Sequence record: MH791411.1
DNA: 64,000 bases
Direction: 5' to 3' (one strand)
The position numbers were made by a program, and so were the translations under genes. Shown here one piece after another: positions 9,647 through 20,513 of the stretch. Below the pieces are notes generated by a model. It saw only the letters and a program-made list of their open reading frames with translations, ran no database searches and was not told the origin of the DNA. Within the stretch, counting starts at the first letter, position 1. The number at the start of each line of letters is the position of its first letter.

Positions 9647-10228
9647 TTAATCAAGCATAAGTGGCATCATCGCCCATATCTTTTTCATAATCATATCTTC
9701 AGTAAAAACAAACGTTTTAGGTGCAGTATATGATATTGACAACCCAAATGGAAGTACGATTGCATCATCAATTATATTATGAATATCAAACCATGTTTTT
9801 ACACAATCATATGGTGGAAGTTCATGTATTGTACTTAACTGAAAGTATTGTTCTTCACCAAATGTACTGCAATCAATATCACAAATTTTAGTGAATTGAT
9901 GATTCCATTTAGATATAATACTGTTTTTATTATTGAACATATTAGTTCTATGCATGAAACCATTTCTGCTAATATGATTTGATATTGCGTTTTCTTCAAT
10001 ATCATTGCTTATTTTAAAATTCATGTCAAAGTTGTAGTGCGAACTCGACGATTCTTTGAATTTTAAATGAAAATAACGATTGTTATTAATTTCCATTTCA
10101 ATACAAAACACATCCGAATCAAAACGATTAAACTTGTAATCGTTGTCTTCAGGTAGAGTCTGTAGTTTTTTCATAACACCAAGCATAGGGTGCACTAAGC
10201 TTCTAATAAAATCATTAGTTATTTTCAT
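9647..10228 (-). CDS. Family A paralogue
   Basis: EEQYFQLSTI. Confidence 0.8.
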   Translation of the reverse strand: MKITNDFIRSLVHPMLGVMKKLQTLPEDNDYKFNRFDSDVFCIEMEINNNRYFHLKFKESSSSHYNFDMNFKISNDIEENAISNHISRNGFMHRTNMFNNKNSIISKWNHQFTKICDIDCSTFGEEQYFQLSTIHELPPYDCVKTWFDIHNIIDDAIVLPFGLSISYTAPKTFVFTEDMIMKKIWAMMPLMLD

Positions 10229-10721
10229 AGTATTCCTTTAGAACTTTAAATGATTCAACAATACAATCTTGTGTGTAATTAGAACTATATACAATTGCAT
10301 TTGATTTGATTGACCACAGATATGACATAAAGGTTATAACACTACTACATGAACTTAATGTATTGTTTTGGAATTCATTTTCTTCAATGTTATCAGTACT
10401 GGTATTGATGAATTGGATAGTATCTTGTTTCTGATTAGACATTGAAACTAAAGTACAATCAGTATAAGGAGTGTACAAAAACGTCTCATTACTAATTGAA
10501 CTATCATTAGTATATGATGGTTTGGTAATATAAATCAAACGCATGATATCACGCTCAATACCCGATTTACGACTTTCCACTAAAGAAATCATATCTATAT
10601 TTTTCATATGATCAACATTGACATGGAACTTTTTGTTTAGAATTACATCTTTTGGGGAATTTTTATATGAAGATAAGATCTCATACATCTCAACTAATTC
10701 TCGTGCATTTAATAAACTCAT
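10215..10721 (-). CDS. Family A paralogue
   Basis: EENEFQNNTL. Confidence 0.7.
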   Translation of the reverse strand: MSLLNARELVEMYEILSSYKNSPKDVILNKKFHVNVDHMKNIDMISLVESRKSGIERDIMRLIYITKPSYTNDSSISNETFLYTPYTDCTLVSMSNQKQDTIQFINTSTDNIEENEFQNNTLSSCSSVITFMSYLWSIKSNAIVYSSNYTQDCIVESFKVLKEYYENN

Positions 10722-11146
10722 GTTTTGTCTCTTAATGAAAGAATATCCTTAGTATAAACTGAAACTGAAATATGATTATATTTCATCATTAATTTATACA
10801 CATAAGAAGCTAGTACTAAATCGTAAATTAATTTAGTATCATACAGTACTCCGTATTGTAAAGCAAGTGAATCAATATCATCTTTACTTTCAATATCCAG
10901 AAATGTGCCGAAATATGTAGTACCGTAGAGATGAAAATTGGAATTAATGCAATCAATGCATTCATTGTCCAACAGAGTAGATGATGATGCCCTCGGTGAA
11001 TCCCAAATAGTCACTGCGTGTATGCCCTCAACGAACAAATCTATCCATATTTTGTGTCGTTGTCTTTTTTTTGTTTTATAATTTTCTGGATTTGAAAGTG
11101 TAGTTTCAATTATATCCCATATGTATAAGCATTCATCTCTTGTCAT
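10718..11146 (-). CDS. Divergent family A paralogue
   Basis: DSLALQYGVL, weak motif. Confidence 0.55.
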   Translation of the reverse strand: MTRDECLYIWDIIETTLSNPENYKTKKRQRHKIWIDLFVEGIHAVTIWDSPRASSSTLLDNECIDCINSNFHLYGTTYFGTFLDIESKDDIDSLALQYGVLYDTKLIYDLVLASYVYKLMMKYNHISVSVYTKDILSLRDKT

Positions 11147-11724
11147 TATAGCACCTTATCCATTGCTGCATTTAATGCTTTTAAACGATCAACATTCAAA
11201 GTATTGAAGATGTACGTTCCTAAAATGTGGAAATCGAACTGGTACTTTTTGTATGTGTGATAAATTAAACTACAAAAAATAACAGTACTAAGAACCTCTT
11301 CAGGTATAACGGTGCTCATCTGAAACAGTTCTTCATCAACTGTACTTGATTCTGGATTGATAGCTTTTAACTCATACTCTTTATCACCGAATAGTACTTT
11401 AATATTATATAAAACACCAACAGTACTAATATGAAATGGATGGTGTGAAAAACTTCCATCATCATTAATTTGGATATCGGATCTAATCTCGCACTCTTCA
11501 TTACTTTTACTATTATTTTTTACAATACAAATATTCCTGGCACCAGAAATAGTAAGAATACCGTGATCGTAATATTCTTTGGACATACATTTAGATGAAA
11601 ATGACACATCACGAATGAGGTAATGTTTGTTAATTTCTTTGGCACTACCAACAATGTGTAGCATCTTTGTACTGATATCATATAGCTGTTGGTGTCGGGC
11701 TGTCATATAACTATAAGCGTTCAT
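11146..11724 (-). CDS. Family A paralogue
   Basis: DEELFQMSTV. Confidence 0.8.
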   Translation of the reverse strand: MNAYSYMTARHQQLYDISTKMLHIVGSAKEINKHYLIRDVSFSSKCMSKEYYDHGILTISGARNICIVKNNSKSNEECEIRSDIQINDDGSFSHHPFHISTVGVLYNIKVLFGDKEYELKAINPESSTVDEELFQMSTVIPEEVLSTVIFCSLIYHTYKKYQFDFHILGTYIFNTLNVDRLKALNAAMDKVL

Positions 11725-12295
11725 ATGTATCCTTGATGTTTTTGATTGCCGTGTGTAGCTCTTTTAATGTATCGGATTCACAGTTAATGAACTTACTATA
11801 CATTACCAATTCACCAGTGTCAATAGCTTTTGCAGTTTCATAGCAAAGCATCATGTACTCAAACTCCTTGAAGTTGTCAAGTACTGATCTCTGGAAAATG
11901 TATGCTTCACGAATGTCTTCACTTTGATCTAGTTCTGGTGGAATTTCCAAATATGTATCATTCTCTACGTCATCAAAATTAGATTCAACAATTCGATTAA
12001 TATCTTCGTGTAAAGCATTGACAAATATCATGTTTGGAGTAATGGAACCAATTCGCTCACTATGCCTTGATGTACGGATATACATTGCCATAGTATCCCA
12101 TGAACCTTTTTTTGTCGTTCCATAATCGTAAACTTTATAAGACTCCAGTACTACTGAACCAAAACGATATGGTGATTTGCATTCAACTTTAAGACGATAA
12201 TTTCCAATAGGCTCATGTTCAGTAATGTTGTGCTTTTCAGATAGTTCTGCAATGTCATGCATCAATTTCATAATTTGAATGTGTTCAGCTTGCAT
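11711..12295 (-). CDS. Family A paralogue
   Basis: EAYIFQRSVL. Confidence 0.75.
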   Translation of the reverse strand: MQAEHIQIMKLMHDIAELSEKHNITEHEPIGNYRLKVECKSPYRFGSVVLESYKVYDYGTTKKGSWDTMAMYIRTSRHSERIGSITPNMIFVNALHEDINRIVESNFDDVENDTYLEIPPELDQSEDIREAYIFQRSVLDNFKEFEYMMLCYETAKAIDTGELVMYSKFINCESDTLKELHTAIKNIKDTYERL

Positions 12296-12858
12296 TATAA
12301 GTCCTCTAATTTAACAGGTACATGTTCATTGATGAACGTCTTAAGAGCCAGTACTAGATCTTCTAATTCTTCTGTACTGAATTTTAATATAGTTTTAAAG
12401 ATTATCAATTCATTTCTTTCTATAATCTTTGGAATTTCATATGCTAACATAAGATTGCGAACAGTACCAGCGTTGTGTATGAGGTTCGCATTGAATAAAA
12501 GTACATCGTACTCGTCTTTTTTAATTTTATAATTGTACTCTTCAATTACTTCATGTGTGTATGTATTCTTATAAGCAATTTTATTTTTATGAAATTTATA
12601 ACCAACAGTAACACTATCATCATAAAATGTAGAACGATAATCTTGTTTTCTATCGCCGGACGAAATGATGTGTAATGCGGTGTATTTGTCCTCAACATCT
12701 AACTCAATGTTTGCATAACTGTTAACAGTTTCATTCTTTAGGACATTAATGTTATATTTCTCATTAACTTTAATGTACTGGCGTGCACCATTATCATCAA
12801 TGAACTTAAAACAATGCTTTATCAACAATGTGATTTCTTTAATTAATTCAGTGCTCAT
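12295..12858 (-). CDS. Divergent family A paralogue
   Basis: DVLLFNANLI, weak motif. Confidence 0.55.
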   Translation of the reverse strand: MSTELIKEITLLIKHCFKFIDDNGARQYIKVNEKYNINVLKNETVNSYANIELDVEDKYTALHIISSGDRKQDYRSTFYDDSVTVGYKFHKNKIAYKNTYTHEVIEEYNYKIKKDEYDVLLFNANLIHNAGTVRNLMLAYEIPKIIERNELIIFKTILKFSTEELEDLVLALKTFINEHVPVKLEDL

Positions 12859-12885
12859 ATCTTCTCCTGTACTCTGTTAAAAGCG

Positions 12886-12947
12886 ATTATAACACACCTG
12901 AATGCTCATGTAAAGCACTAAACACAAAAAGACCCATAAGGGTCTTT
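12886..12947 (-). promoter_or_regulatory. Terminator (12926-47) followed by sigma70 promoter
   Basis: AAAGACCC/GGGTCTTT stem; TTTACA-17-TATAAT at 12909-14/12886-91. Confidence 0.8.
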
Positions 12948-13530
12948 ATTTTGGTAAAACGCTGTCAATGTACGCTAGAGCCTCATCTCGGAGGTACGTT
13001 CCATCTATTGTTATGTAATAATTCTTAGGGATATCACTCCCAATCTTCTCGTAAATTTTCATACATGATATCACATCTTCATCACAAATGGTACTCAATT
13101 GAAACTGTACTTCATCAGTTAAAGGTACGATATCATGTTTAGATGGGGGGTTGGTATTTTCATTCAAAACAATATCAAACAAATTAGGAGTATTCTTTGA
13201 CGAAATGTAACGATGTTTACTACGAATTACCATTCTCGACAGAGAAATACTGGAACTCCATCTTTGGTCCACATCTTCGTATGTTAACGCAATTAACATT
13301 TCATAATAATCTTGGAATTTCATTGATGCATAATATGTTTTGTCCTCACCGTACATTCCAAATGATTTGAATTCAATGTCACCTACATTGTGTGTATCGC
13401 TATCACTATTCACGAATTTTAAAAGACTGTTGATTAGTCTGATTAGAATATCATCTTTATTCATTATCAGATAACTCCCTGTGCATGTTGTATAAATCTC
13501 TAAAGTCCTGATAGAAATCTTTTTCTTCAA
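12946..13530 (-). CDS. Family A paralogue
   Basis: DEVQFQLSTI. Confidence 0.8.
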   Translation of the reverse strand: MKKKISIRTLEIYTTCTGSYLIMNKDDILIRLINSLLKFVNSDSDTHNVGDIEFKSFGMYGEDKTYYASMKFQDYYEMLIALTYEDVDQRWSSSISLSRMVIRSKHRYISSKNTPNLFDIVLNENTNPPSKHDIVPLTDEVQFQLSTICDEDVISCMKIYEKIGSDIPKNYYITIDGTYLRDEALAYIDSVLPK

Positions 13531-14023
13531 GAATATCTTTTAAACTAGGAATCTCATCCATAATCTCATCGATATCAGTTTCAATAGTAAAACCTGATTT
13601 ATAATTTTGTAAGAGATAACTAAAAGCAACAAGATAAAGAATTTCATTTGGTTTATGAATTAACATGTGTTGGAACATAACTGATTCTAAATCAGATTCA
13701 GTACTAAGGTCAGCATAACATGTATCGTTGGTGTCAATTCGTACTGTACTTGAATTTGGATTCCATGTAAAGCAATGTGTTCCAACTGTTCCCAAACATC
13801 CTACTCTTGTACTATCATTTGTTCCCAAAAAGATATAAAAATACGTTTCATCTGTATAATCGTATTTTTGTACTTTACCTTTTTTAAGGCATAAATCATT
13901 ATCCTTTCGAAAAGTTTTAGATGATAGTGTATCAATGATGCACATTAATGTTTTTGCAAATGCAATACAATGACGTAATTCAAGTCTATGGAAATTATAA
14001 TTAGTAAAATTCATAAAATTCAT
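13457..14023 (-). CDS. Family A paralogue
   Basis: ESVMFQHMLI. Confidence 0.7.
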   Translation of the reverse strand: MNFMNFTNYNFHRLELRHCIAFAKTLMCIIDTLSSKTFRKDNDLCLKKGKVQKYDYTDETYFYIFLGTNDSTRVGCLGTVGTHCFTWNPNSSTVRIDTNDTCYADLSTESDLESVMFQHMLIHKPNEILYLVAFSYLLQNYKSGFTIETDIDEIMDEIPSLKDILEEKDFYQDFRDLYNMHRELSDNE

Positions 14024-14562
14024 AATTGTACCTTCAATATTTTATCAGCAATTGATATAACCTTATCACTGAATACATTACCAATCTCAATTCTTATATA
14101 CATCGCAGGTGGAATCTTTCCCTGAAGTGCATAATATGTTTGTATACCTAAGTACTCATTATTTGATAATGAAAATTTGATTCTCTCCATATCTATGTCT
14201 GATGTTGGTAAATCTAGTAGTTCATGGTTGTAGTCAACATTTTCAGTGTATATCTGTTCGACGTAATTTGAATGATCACTACTAATGTAGATACTATCAT
14301 CACGAATAATTACTTTATAATCAGAAGGTTCAAACTTATCTTTAGGAGAAAAGAAGACATCATCTATCTTCTCTTCTCGGACACCGAATAACAATTTACC
14401 ATCGTACTTTACATCAAGCATACTACCTAGAATAGTAATTACACAATGATCATCAATATTATGACGTAAAGAACGAGTCTTGTATTTTGGGTTAATGAAA
14501 ATTTTCATTAATTTTATACAAATGTCGGCAATGCATTTTACATTATCATTTTCTATGTACAT
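14020..14562 (-). CDS. Divergent family A paralogue
   Basis: ERIKFSLSNN, weak motif. Confidence 0.55.
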   Translation of the reverse strand: MYIENDNVKCIADICIKLMKIFINPKYKTRSLRHNIDDHCVITILGSMLDVKYDGKLLFGVREEKIDDVFFSPKDKFEPSDYKVIIRDDSIYISSDHSNYVEQIYTENVDYNHELLDLPTSDIDMERIKFSLSNNEYLGIQTYYALQGKIPPAMYIRIEIGNVFSDKVISIADKILKVQL

Positions 14563-15040
14563 CGTAAATCCTCTTTAATTCTTTTACATTTTTAATGAAT
14601 ACTTTCATTGCAGAGATCTCAAAAGCTAATGATTTAAATTTGCAGTACTTTTTAAAGTACGACATAATGAATAGCATTTTGAGTTCTTTTTCTGTGTAAA
14701 TTAAACTATTTTGAAAGTAACTTTCTTCTGATAAATCATCAAGAAAAGGATATACAACTCCATTTGGAGTCAAGAACATGACACGTTCACTCCAAGATCT
14801 AAATGAAATGTAATCAGTCTTACCACATTCATATAAGGAGTTTATCATGCCATCAATCATTAAGGAGAACTCAATACTGTATCCTAATCGTTGACACTTG
14901 TATCTCTTATCTTCTTTCTTTGTAATTACAAAGTGACGACCCAATGCGTCTTTGTTATCGAAAATGAAATCAACTGTCTCTAAACACTCCTTAGCGAACT
15001 TCATAGTTTCTCTGTACTTTCGGTTCATTAGTCTCTCCAA
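14546..15040 (-). CDS. Family A paralogue
   Basis: EESYFQNSLI. Confidence 0.8.
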   Translation of the reverse strand: MERLMNRKYRETMKFAKECLETVDFIFDNKDALGRHFVITKKEDKRYKCQRLGYSIEFSLMIDGMINSLYECGKTDYISFRSWSERVMFLTPNGVVYPFLDDLSEESYFQNSLIYTEKELKMLFIMSYFKKYCKFKSLAFEISAMKVFIKNVKELKRIYDVHRK

Positions 15041-15441
15041 ACTTTACCAGGGAAGTGTTTCTCGTAGAACTCATCATCACTTAACATATAATCAGGTGTT
15101 TCTACTTCTATGGGTTTGTAGAATGTTTCTGGAATGTGTGTAATTTTATTGGGTAGTACTTTATGTTCGCGTAAAACCTTCTGTATAGCTCCTAGACGTT
15201 GTAAATCAATACAGCCCGGCAGAACTAAGCTGTACTGAAATAGCTCATCAGGGGTCATTATAGATACATCCTTGGCTTGTTTGATTTTATTGTTGGCATC
15301 AATGAATATATCAAATCCAAGTACTGCATTATAGCTTACATATGTTGTTTTGTTTTTGTCAATAGCTGCACTTAAACTATATCCATATATTCCATGTTGG
15401 TCAACAATGCATCGTTGCATAATTTTAATCATTTCGAACAT
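15028..15441 (-). CDS. Family A paralogue (short type)
   Basis: PDELFQYSLV. Confidence 0.8.
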   Translation of the reverse strand: MFEMIKIMQRCIVDQHGIYGYSLSAAIDKNKTTYVSYNAVLGFDIFIDANNKIKQAKDVSIMTPDELFQYSLVLPGCIDLQRLGAIQKVLREHKVLPNKITHIPETFYKPIEVETPDYMLSDDEFYEKHFPGKVWRD

Positions 15442-15784
15442 AATTTACCTCGTATGTGTTATAATTCCACGTTTTAACACTATCCATTTGTATATCCTGA
15501 ACTTCATGGAAATATTTAAGTACCTTCTGGTATTCCATTAGTTCGTACACATCTTCAGTATTGACAGTGCTCTCCTGAAACAATTCCTCTTCTGATAAAG
15601 TACTATAATCAGGGATTTTTATTTCAGAATATATCTCATTCATATATGAATCATTTTGGTAAATCTGTAGATAAAACTGATTATATTCAGGGATATAGGT
15701 TACGAAATGGTTCTTGATGAATTCATATCTTGAAGCAAAGCAATCATTGCCATCCGTCATGTACTGAATTGTTGTATTATGCAT
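15425..15784 (-). CDS. Family A paralogue (short type)
   Basis: EEELFQESTV. Confidence 0.8.
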   Translation of the reverse strand: MHNTTIQYMTDGNDCFASRYEFIKNHFVTYIPEYNQFYLQIYQNDSYMNEIYSEIKIPDYSTLSEEELFQESTVNTEDVYELMEYQKVLKYFHEVQDIQMDSVKTWNYNTYEVNYVRND

Positions 15785-16259
15785 TCAAATAATCCACACA
15801 TTTATAGTATACTGCTAAATCTAAAAAGAATCGTTGTTTGTATTTGTAATGATGAAGTAGTGCACCATAAAGTAATATAGCATTAAGTACTTTTGCATCA
15901 TGAATACAAGACCCTTGGAAGTACATTTCTTCTGTCATGAAAACTAACTCATTGTACGGGATAAGCACTGAATCTCTAAATGTATCAATGTTAATCTTCA
16001 AATCGGACCCTTGGCAATATGAAATATATTCACCTCGGTAATGAAAGTCATTATCGTCAAAGTACTCAGCATATACTTGATTGTCCCTATTATTTTTAAA
16101 GGCAAGTCTTCCTTTGGTTGAACTGAATTGGTCATATTGGAACATTCCACCAAAAGGCATTCCACCGAAAGGTTGGGGACTTCTGAACTCCTTTGCAATG
16201 CGATGAATGTTAGATGCAAATTCTAAAACACCATCGTAATCATATTCTGTTGTAATCAT
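15777..16259 (-). CDS. Family A paralogue
   Basis: EEMYFQGSCI. Confidence 0.8.
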   Translation of the reverse strand: MITTEYDYDGVLEFASNIHRIAKEFRSPQPFGGMPFGGMFQYDQFSSTKGRLAFKNNRDNQVYAEYFDDNDFHYRGEYISYCQGSDLKINIDTFRDSVLIPYNELVFMTEEMYFQGSCIHDAKVLNAILLYGALLHHYKYKQRFFLDLAVYYKCVDYLNA

Positions 16260-16738
16260 AGACCATTTTTCTCCATGTACTCAATGATTTCATCTACGAA
16301 GTTTAAATCCATATAGAATCTATCATCTGCGTCATTGAGTTCATCTTTAAGTACTGTAAAAATTGTAGAACTAAACACGATTCTCTCATTGTACAAAGTA
16401 CTGTACTGGAAGAATTCTTCTTCTGATCTAACATTAAATGTGTCATATTCATATTCATCATCATTAAATCTAGGATGATAGTACTTAAAACTATCAGATG
16501 TATGGAAACAATATGAGATAAAATCCCCTGATGGTGCATCGTCAAGTACACGAATACCACAGAAATTCTCATCTGTAGTATGCAACAAATTGCTATTCAT
16601 TGACAAATAATTTTTGTACGCATAAAGTGTGCATCGTGGGAGAATTATATTCTCTTTAACTGTTACAAAGAACTTATGAAGTTTAATGATATTTTGTGCG
16701 ATTTTTTGTGCATTGCTAAATGATAGGTCTTTGGACAT
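16256..16738 (-). CDS. Family A paralogue
   Basis: EEEFFQYSTL. Confidence 0.8.
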   Translation of the reverse strand: MSKDLSFSNAQKIAQNIIKLHKFFVTVKENIILPRCTLYAYKNYLSMNSNLLHTTDENFCGIRVLDDAPSGDFISYCFHTSDSFKYYHPRFNDDEYEYDTFNVRSEEEFFQYSTLYNERIVFSSTIFTVLKDELNDADDRFYMDLNFVDEIIEYMEKNGL

Positions 16739-16797
16739 TGTGATATAACCCTTTACAATTAATATAAAGAGATTATATCACAAAGATTTGGAGGGTG

Positions 16798-17388
16798 TCA
16801 AGAGTTCTCACGAAGTTCTACCATTTCTTTCCATACTAAATGGTAATCTTCTAAGTCCAGATAGAAGTCTTCATTTAAGTGCTCATATAAGTACTTGTAC
16901 ATGAATAGTACACCTAAATTGTATTCAGTATTAAGTAATGATTGTTGGAAGTAGTTTTCTTCATTTAGTTCTATATCCATGAACTCAAATCTACCTAGAC
17001 CTTTTAATGTACGTATCTCAACATGTGAAGTATCTGTTTTACTGAAGCACATGAATCCACCTCTAAATTCGGGATCATATTCACATTCATACTGTCCACT
17101 GTTATTATAGAAATCTCTATTACCATCCTTATCTTTTGGCTTAACAACTGATACGTGAAGGTCGTCATCTTTGTACATTGTACGTTCTGGCGTTTTCACA
17201 CATTTTAACTTATTTTCTTTAATGTACTTGATAATATCAATTATATCTTGTGCAGTACTGATTGCTGCCTCGAACGTATCCAACTTAAGATGATTGTATT
17301 GTGTACCCTTGTTCTTTATTTTATCTAACATACTAACCTCATAATTCATACATCTTTGATTTGAATTGCATTGGTCCACCAACTTCAC
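16798..17388 (-). CDS. Family A paralogue
   Basis: EENYFQQSLL; true start probably MNYEVS. Confidence 0.8.
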   Translation of the reverse strand: MKLVDQCNSNQRCMNYEVSMLDKIKNKGTQYNHLKLDTFEAAISTAQDIIDIIKYIKENKLKCVKTPERTMYKDDDLHVSVVKPKDKDGNRDFYNNSGQYECEYDPEFRGGFMCFSKTDTSHVEIRTLKGLGRFEFMDIELNEENYFQQSLLNTEYNLGVLFMYKYLYEHLNEDFYLDLEDYHLVWKEMVELRENS

Positions 17389-17677
17389 ATGGATAATTTT
17401 CCATAATACGATTCAAAAGTATCTGGTACTGTTGTAGTACTTCAATTTCCAAATGTATACTACTATCCAGTACTAATGACTCCTGGAACAATTCACCTGT
17501 ATCTAAACATGAAAAATCATTTATAGTTAGCATTGGCTTATCATTGGTACGCAATGTAAATGATTCCTCATTTCGGATTAATGTACAGAATTCATTATGT
17601 TTTCTGTTATAATCCATTTTAACCAATAATAACTTAGTGTGAGTTGCGTACATTATTTTTACTAATTCAGTCTTCAT
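17339..17677 (-). CDS. Family A paralogue (short type)
   Basis: TGELFQESLV. Confidence 0.8.
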   Translation of the reverse strand: MKTELVKIMYATHTKLLLVKMDYNRKHNEFCTLIRNEESFTLRTNDKPMLTINDFSCLDTGELFQESLVLDSSIHLEIEVLQQYQILLNRIMENYPCEVGGPMQFKSKMYEL

Positions 17678-18026
17678 AACGGAATAAAATTCTCCTGTAC
17701 TGCTCCGGCTTAGTACTCAATCTCTTCACCGGATAATTGTCGAAGATCCTTTTCATTTCTTTCTGGATTAAACAAAGAAAATCAAAATCACAATAGTATT
17801 TTTTATCCCATACTAAACTTTCTTGAAATAACTCATCTTCTTGCATTAGCGTAGTATCAATTGTATCTTCACGTGTATTTGAGTACGCTTCATGACATTG
17901 AAAACCATCTTCTGATAATTCTAATGTATATGCCGCCATTTCAAACATATCATCATTTGTCTTTAACGAAAGTAAACAACAAACGTATTTTTTCGTTGTG
18001 TAGTACGTAATACTAATGGTATTCAT
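17667..18026 (-). CDS. Family A paralogue (short type)
   Basis: EDELFQESLVW. Confidence 0.8.
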   Translation of the reverse strand: MNTISITYYTTKKYVCCLLSLKTNDDMFEMAAYTLELSEDGFQCHEAYSNTREDTIDTTLMQEDELFQESLVWDKKYYCDFDFLCLIQKEMKRIFDNYPVKRLSTKPEQYRRILFRYED

Positions 18027-18031
18027 GGCAT

Positions 18032-18634
18032 TTAAACCTCAGTATAAAGCTTACAATAGCTTTCATCGAAATCAAAAATACTTCTCAAGAACTGACAAAG
18101 GTCAGTAAAAATATTTACATTTGCTATATACACATTATCAAATTCTGTTCTTTCGAAGAATGTATGCATAGAATTTGTAATATATCTCATTGCAGATTCA
18201 CGCTGCATTGTTATATCATTTGTGAACATTGCATCTTCATCAGTACTGACTAATTCAATATCAAATGATTGCATATATGGGATACTCTTCCCTAGTGCAA
18301 AGCTATCACCGTATGATGCTTCAACTGCACCTTTAGAATACACCAATTGATATAAGTCCGAAATAGGGTTATAAAAAGTACGACATATTGATGAACATAA
18401 TTTATTATCTATCCAAAAGAAAACCCTATTTGTATTACCGTCAAATGCTATACGCAATCCATCACCATCTAACGATATATCACCATCGAGATTAAAAGAG
18501 AACTGAACTAATGCTTTTTCTAAGTCCATTCTTTTGTGATAAATGATTTCTTGCATATAGATAATATCATTTACTAATTTCTTAAAATACAAATGAACCT
18601 CAGTACTACAACATTTATTTGCATTTAATAACAT
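18032..18634 (-). CDS. Divergent family A paralogue
   Basis: EDAMFTNDIT, weak motif. Confidence 0.55.
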   Translation of the reverse strand: MLLNANKCCSTEVHLYFKKLVNDIIYMQEIIYHKRMDLEKALVQFSFNLDGDISLDGDGLRIAFDGNTNRVFFWIDNKLCSSICRTFYNPISDLYQLVYSKGAVEASYGDSFALGKSIPYMQSFDIELVSTDEDAMFTNDITMQRESAMRYITNSMHTFFERTEFDNVYIANVNIFTDLCQFLRSIFDFDESYCKLYTEV

Positions 18635-19221
18635 AGTAGATCCTTATACATTGCATGTATTCTTACAATGTCTCTGTAATAACTCATATCTTCACGATTA
18701 TCATTAAAAACAGTAACACTGAATACAGCAGTACTAATTGAACTATCAACAATGTACTCTTTTAATTTATTATAAAGATATATGCACTTAGTAGATGTAT
18801 CATCCCACATAAGACTATTTTGAAAGATGTTTTCTTCTGTGTTAGGATATAAGTACTGCTCAATCTTGTACTCCAATGAACTATCACAGTTTTTATATAC
18901 AGAAATAGATGGGACATTCATATTGCACATAATACTAATAACATTATCATTGTATGTAGAAATTAAACTGGTACTGGATGCTACACTTTCATCATAATTC
19001 AGTACTGAAATTCTTGCATTATCTGTGCAGTACAGATGTTTCATTCCACCTCTCATAGCCATAGTAAGAAATTTATCAGTGAACCATATTCCTTTTGTTT
19101 TCAGTATAGTTTCATGCATAAGATAAGTTTCAATGAAGATTTTTACACGCTCAAATGCCAAGTCAAGTTCATTGTACATAACGGATATCCTTCTGTAAAG
19201 AATCAATATATTCTTTAACAA
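18625..19221 (-). CDS. Family A paralogue
   Basis: EENIFQNSLM. Confidence 0.8.
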   Translation of the reverse strand: MLKNILILYRRISVMYNELDLAFERVKIFIETYLMHETILKTKGIWFTDKFLTMAMRGGMKHLYCTDNARISVLNYDESVASSTSLISTYNDNVISIMCNMNVPSISVYKNCDSSLEYKIEQYLYPNTEENIFQNSLMWDDTSTKCIYLYNKLKEYIVDSSISTAVFSVTVFNDNREDMSYYRDIVRIHAMYKDLLCY

Positions 19222-19360
19222 CTTGTTCCTGATACTGTGTGCCCAAATACATCAGTACTTTTAATTCTTTGAATTCAGTACTATATGAGTCAATTTGCAT
19301 CATTTTAGAAGAATATATATTGAATAGTTTAGCAATATCATCTTGGTCTATTATTTTCAT
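19169..19360 (-). CDS. Family B paralogue
   Basis: YLGTQYQE. Confidence 0.8.
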   Translation of the reverse strand: MKIIDQDDIAKLFNIYSSKMMQIDSYSTEFKELKVLMYLGTQYQEQVVKEYIDSLQKDIRYVQ

Positions 19361-19556
19361 ATATTCTCTTCTGGATTAGTTCCTGTAAGTGCTGAATATA
19401 ACCCTTCATTGCAACATCCTGTTTGTTAGAGCCAACGAAGAACAATAGCTTAAAGTCATGGTAATCCATTTTTGGTTTAGTAGTGAACCATATGTCCCAC
19501 ACTGCACTCACAGTTCTCATGTATTCAATTCGATTAAATGTTTTTGAATACTTCAT
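19338..19556 (-). CDS. Family B paralogue
   Basis: FVGSNKQD. Confidence 0.7.
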   Translation of the reverse strand: MKYSKTFNRIEYMRTVSAVWDIWFTTKPKMDYHDFKLLFFVGSNKQDVAMKGYIQHLQELIQKRIYENNRPR

Positions 19557-20070
19557 CGATGTTCATCGCCAATAAGTTAATATACAAATTACTGTTAAAT
19601 GCAATCTGCAATTCCATATAGAACTGAATGATAGCATAGTCAGGGTCAGTACACGATAGTTGAAAACACTGTTCGTCAAATGCATTGTAACTGTACTTAG
19701 GGATGTGAATTTCACGCTTCAAATCAGGTTGACCCCACTTCATCGCATACACACCAATGTTATTGTTCTTTTTCCTTTTCTTAAATGTTAATTGTTGAAT
19801 ATTTCCAGCGTTGTCTAGGAAAATAGTATTATTCGACACAGGTGCACCAATAGAAAACAATGATGTATCAATGACGTGTTTCTCACGTATCTCACACTTC
19901 TGGAATGCACCATTCCCTTGTAACAGTTTATGGAAATCGTACTTCTCATTAACAACAGTACTAGGATCAATTAATCCAGTACTGCATTTTTTCAGTACTG
20001 GTACGATAGTGCGAATCTTTTTTGATAAATCTTGTAATGCATCATAATCATTAATGTTAATTTTTCTCAA
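19534..20070 (-). CDS. Family A paralogue
   Basis: DEQCFQLSCT. Confidence 0.75.
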   Translation of the reverse strand: MRKININDYDALQDLSKKIRTIVPVLKKCSTGLIDPSTVVNEKYDFHKLLQGNGAFQKCEIREKHVIDTSLFSIGAPVSNNTIFLDNAGNIQQLTFKKRKKNNNIGVYAMKWGQPDLKREIHIPKYSYNAFDEQCFQLSCTDPDYAIIQFYMELQIAFNSNLYINLLAMNIDEVFKNI

Positions 20071-20513
20071 AAGGATGCCTCTTCTATAGTAACGAAATCA
20101 ACTAACCTATCAAGTTTTTCAGTGTCTAGATAAAATATATCCAGTACTGACTTCTGATATAGTACACTAAATGTACATAGATTGTCAAGTGTTCCTTCAT
20201 TATAAACAGTACTTCCCTGGAAGTACCCTTCTTCTGTACTCAGAGATAAAATATCAGAAATTTTAAAAGATTCTTCATTCTCATGACGCTCTATCGTAAC
20301 TTCATCATATTTTCTGTTCAATGAAATATAATCGTATGCTAATTCAATAGTACTACAGTTGTTGTTGCTAGTGTCAAATAAAGAATCAATTGTAATCTTC
20401 GTACCATTAGAAACTTCTCTGCGTTCATCATCTACGTATTCAGGATTTTCTTTGAAGAACTTAACAACTTTTAGAATATCATTTGCTTTCTTGATTGCAC
20501 TTTCATAACTCAT
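20067..20513 (-). CDS. Family A paralogue (MSxESA subfamily)
   Basis: EEGYFQGSTV. Confidence 0.8.
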   Translation of the reverse strand: MSYESAIKKANDILKVVKFFKENPEYVDDERREVSNGTKITIDSLFDTSNNNCSTIELAYDYISLNRKYDEVTIERHENEESFKISDILSLSTEEGYFQGSTVYNEGTLDNLCTFSVLYQKSVLDIFYLDTEKLDRLVDFVTIEEASF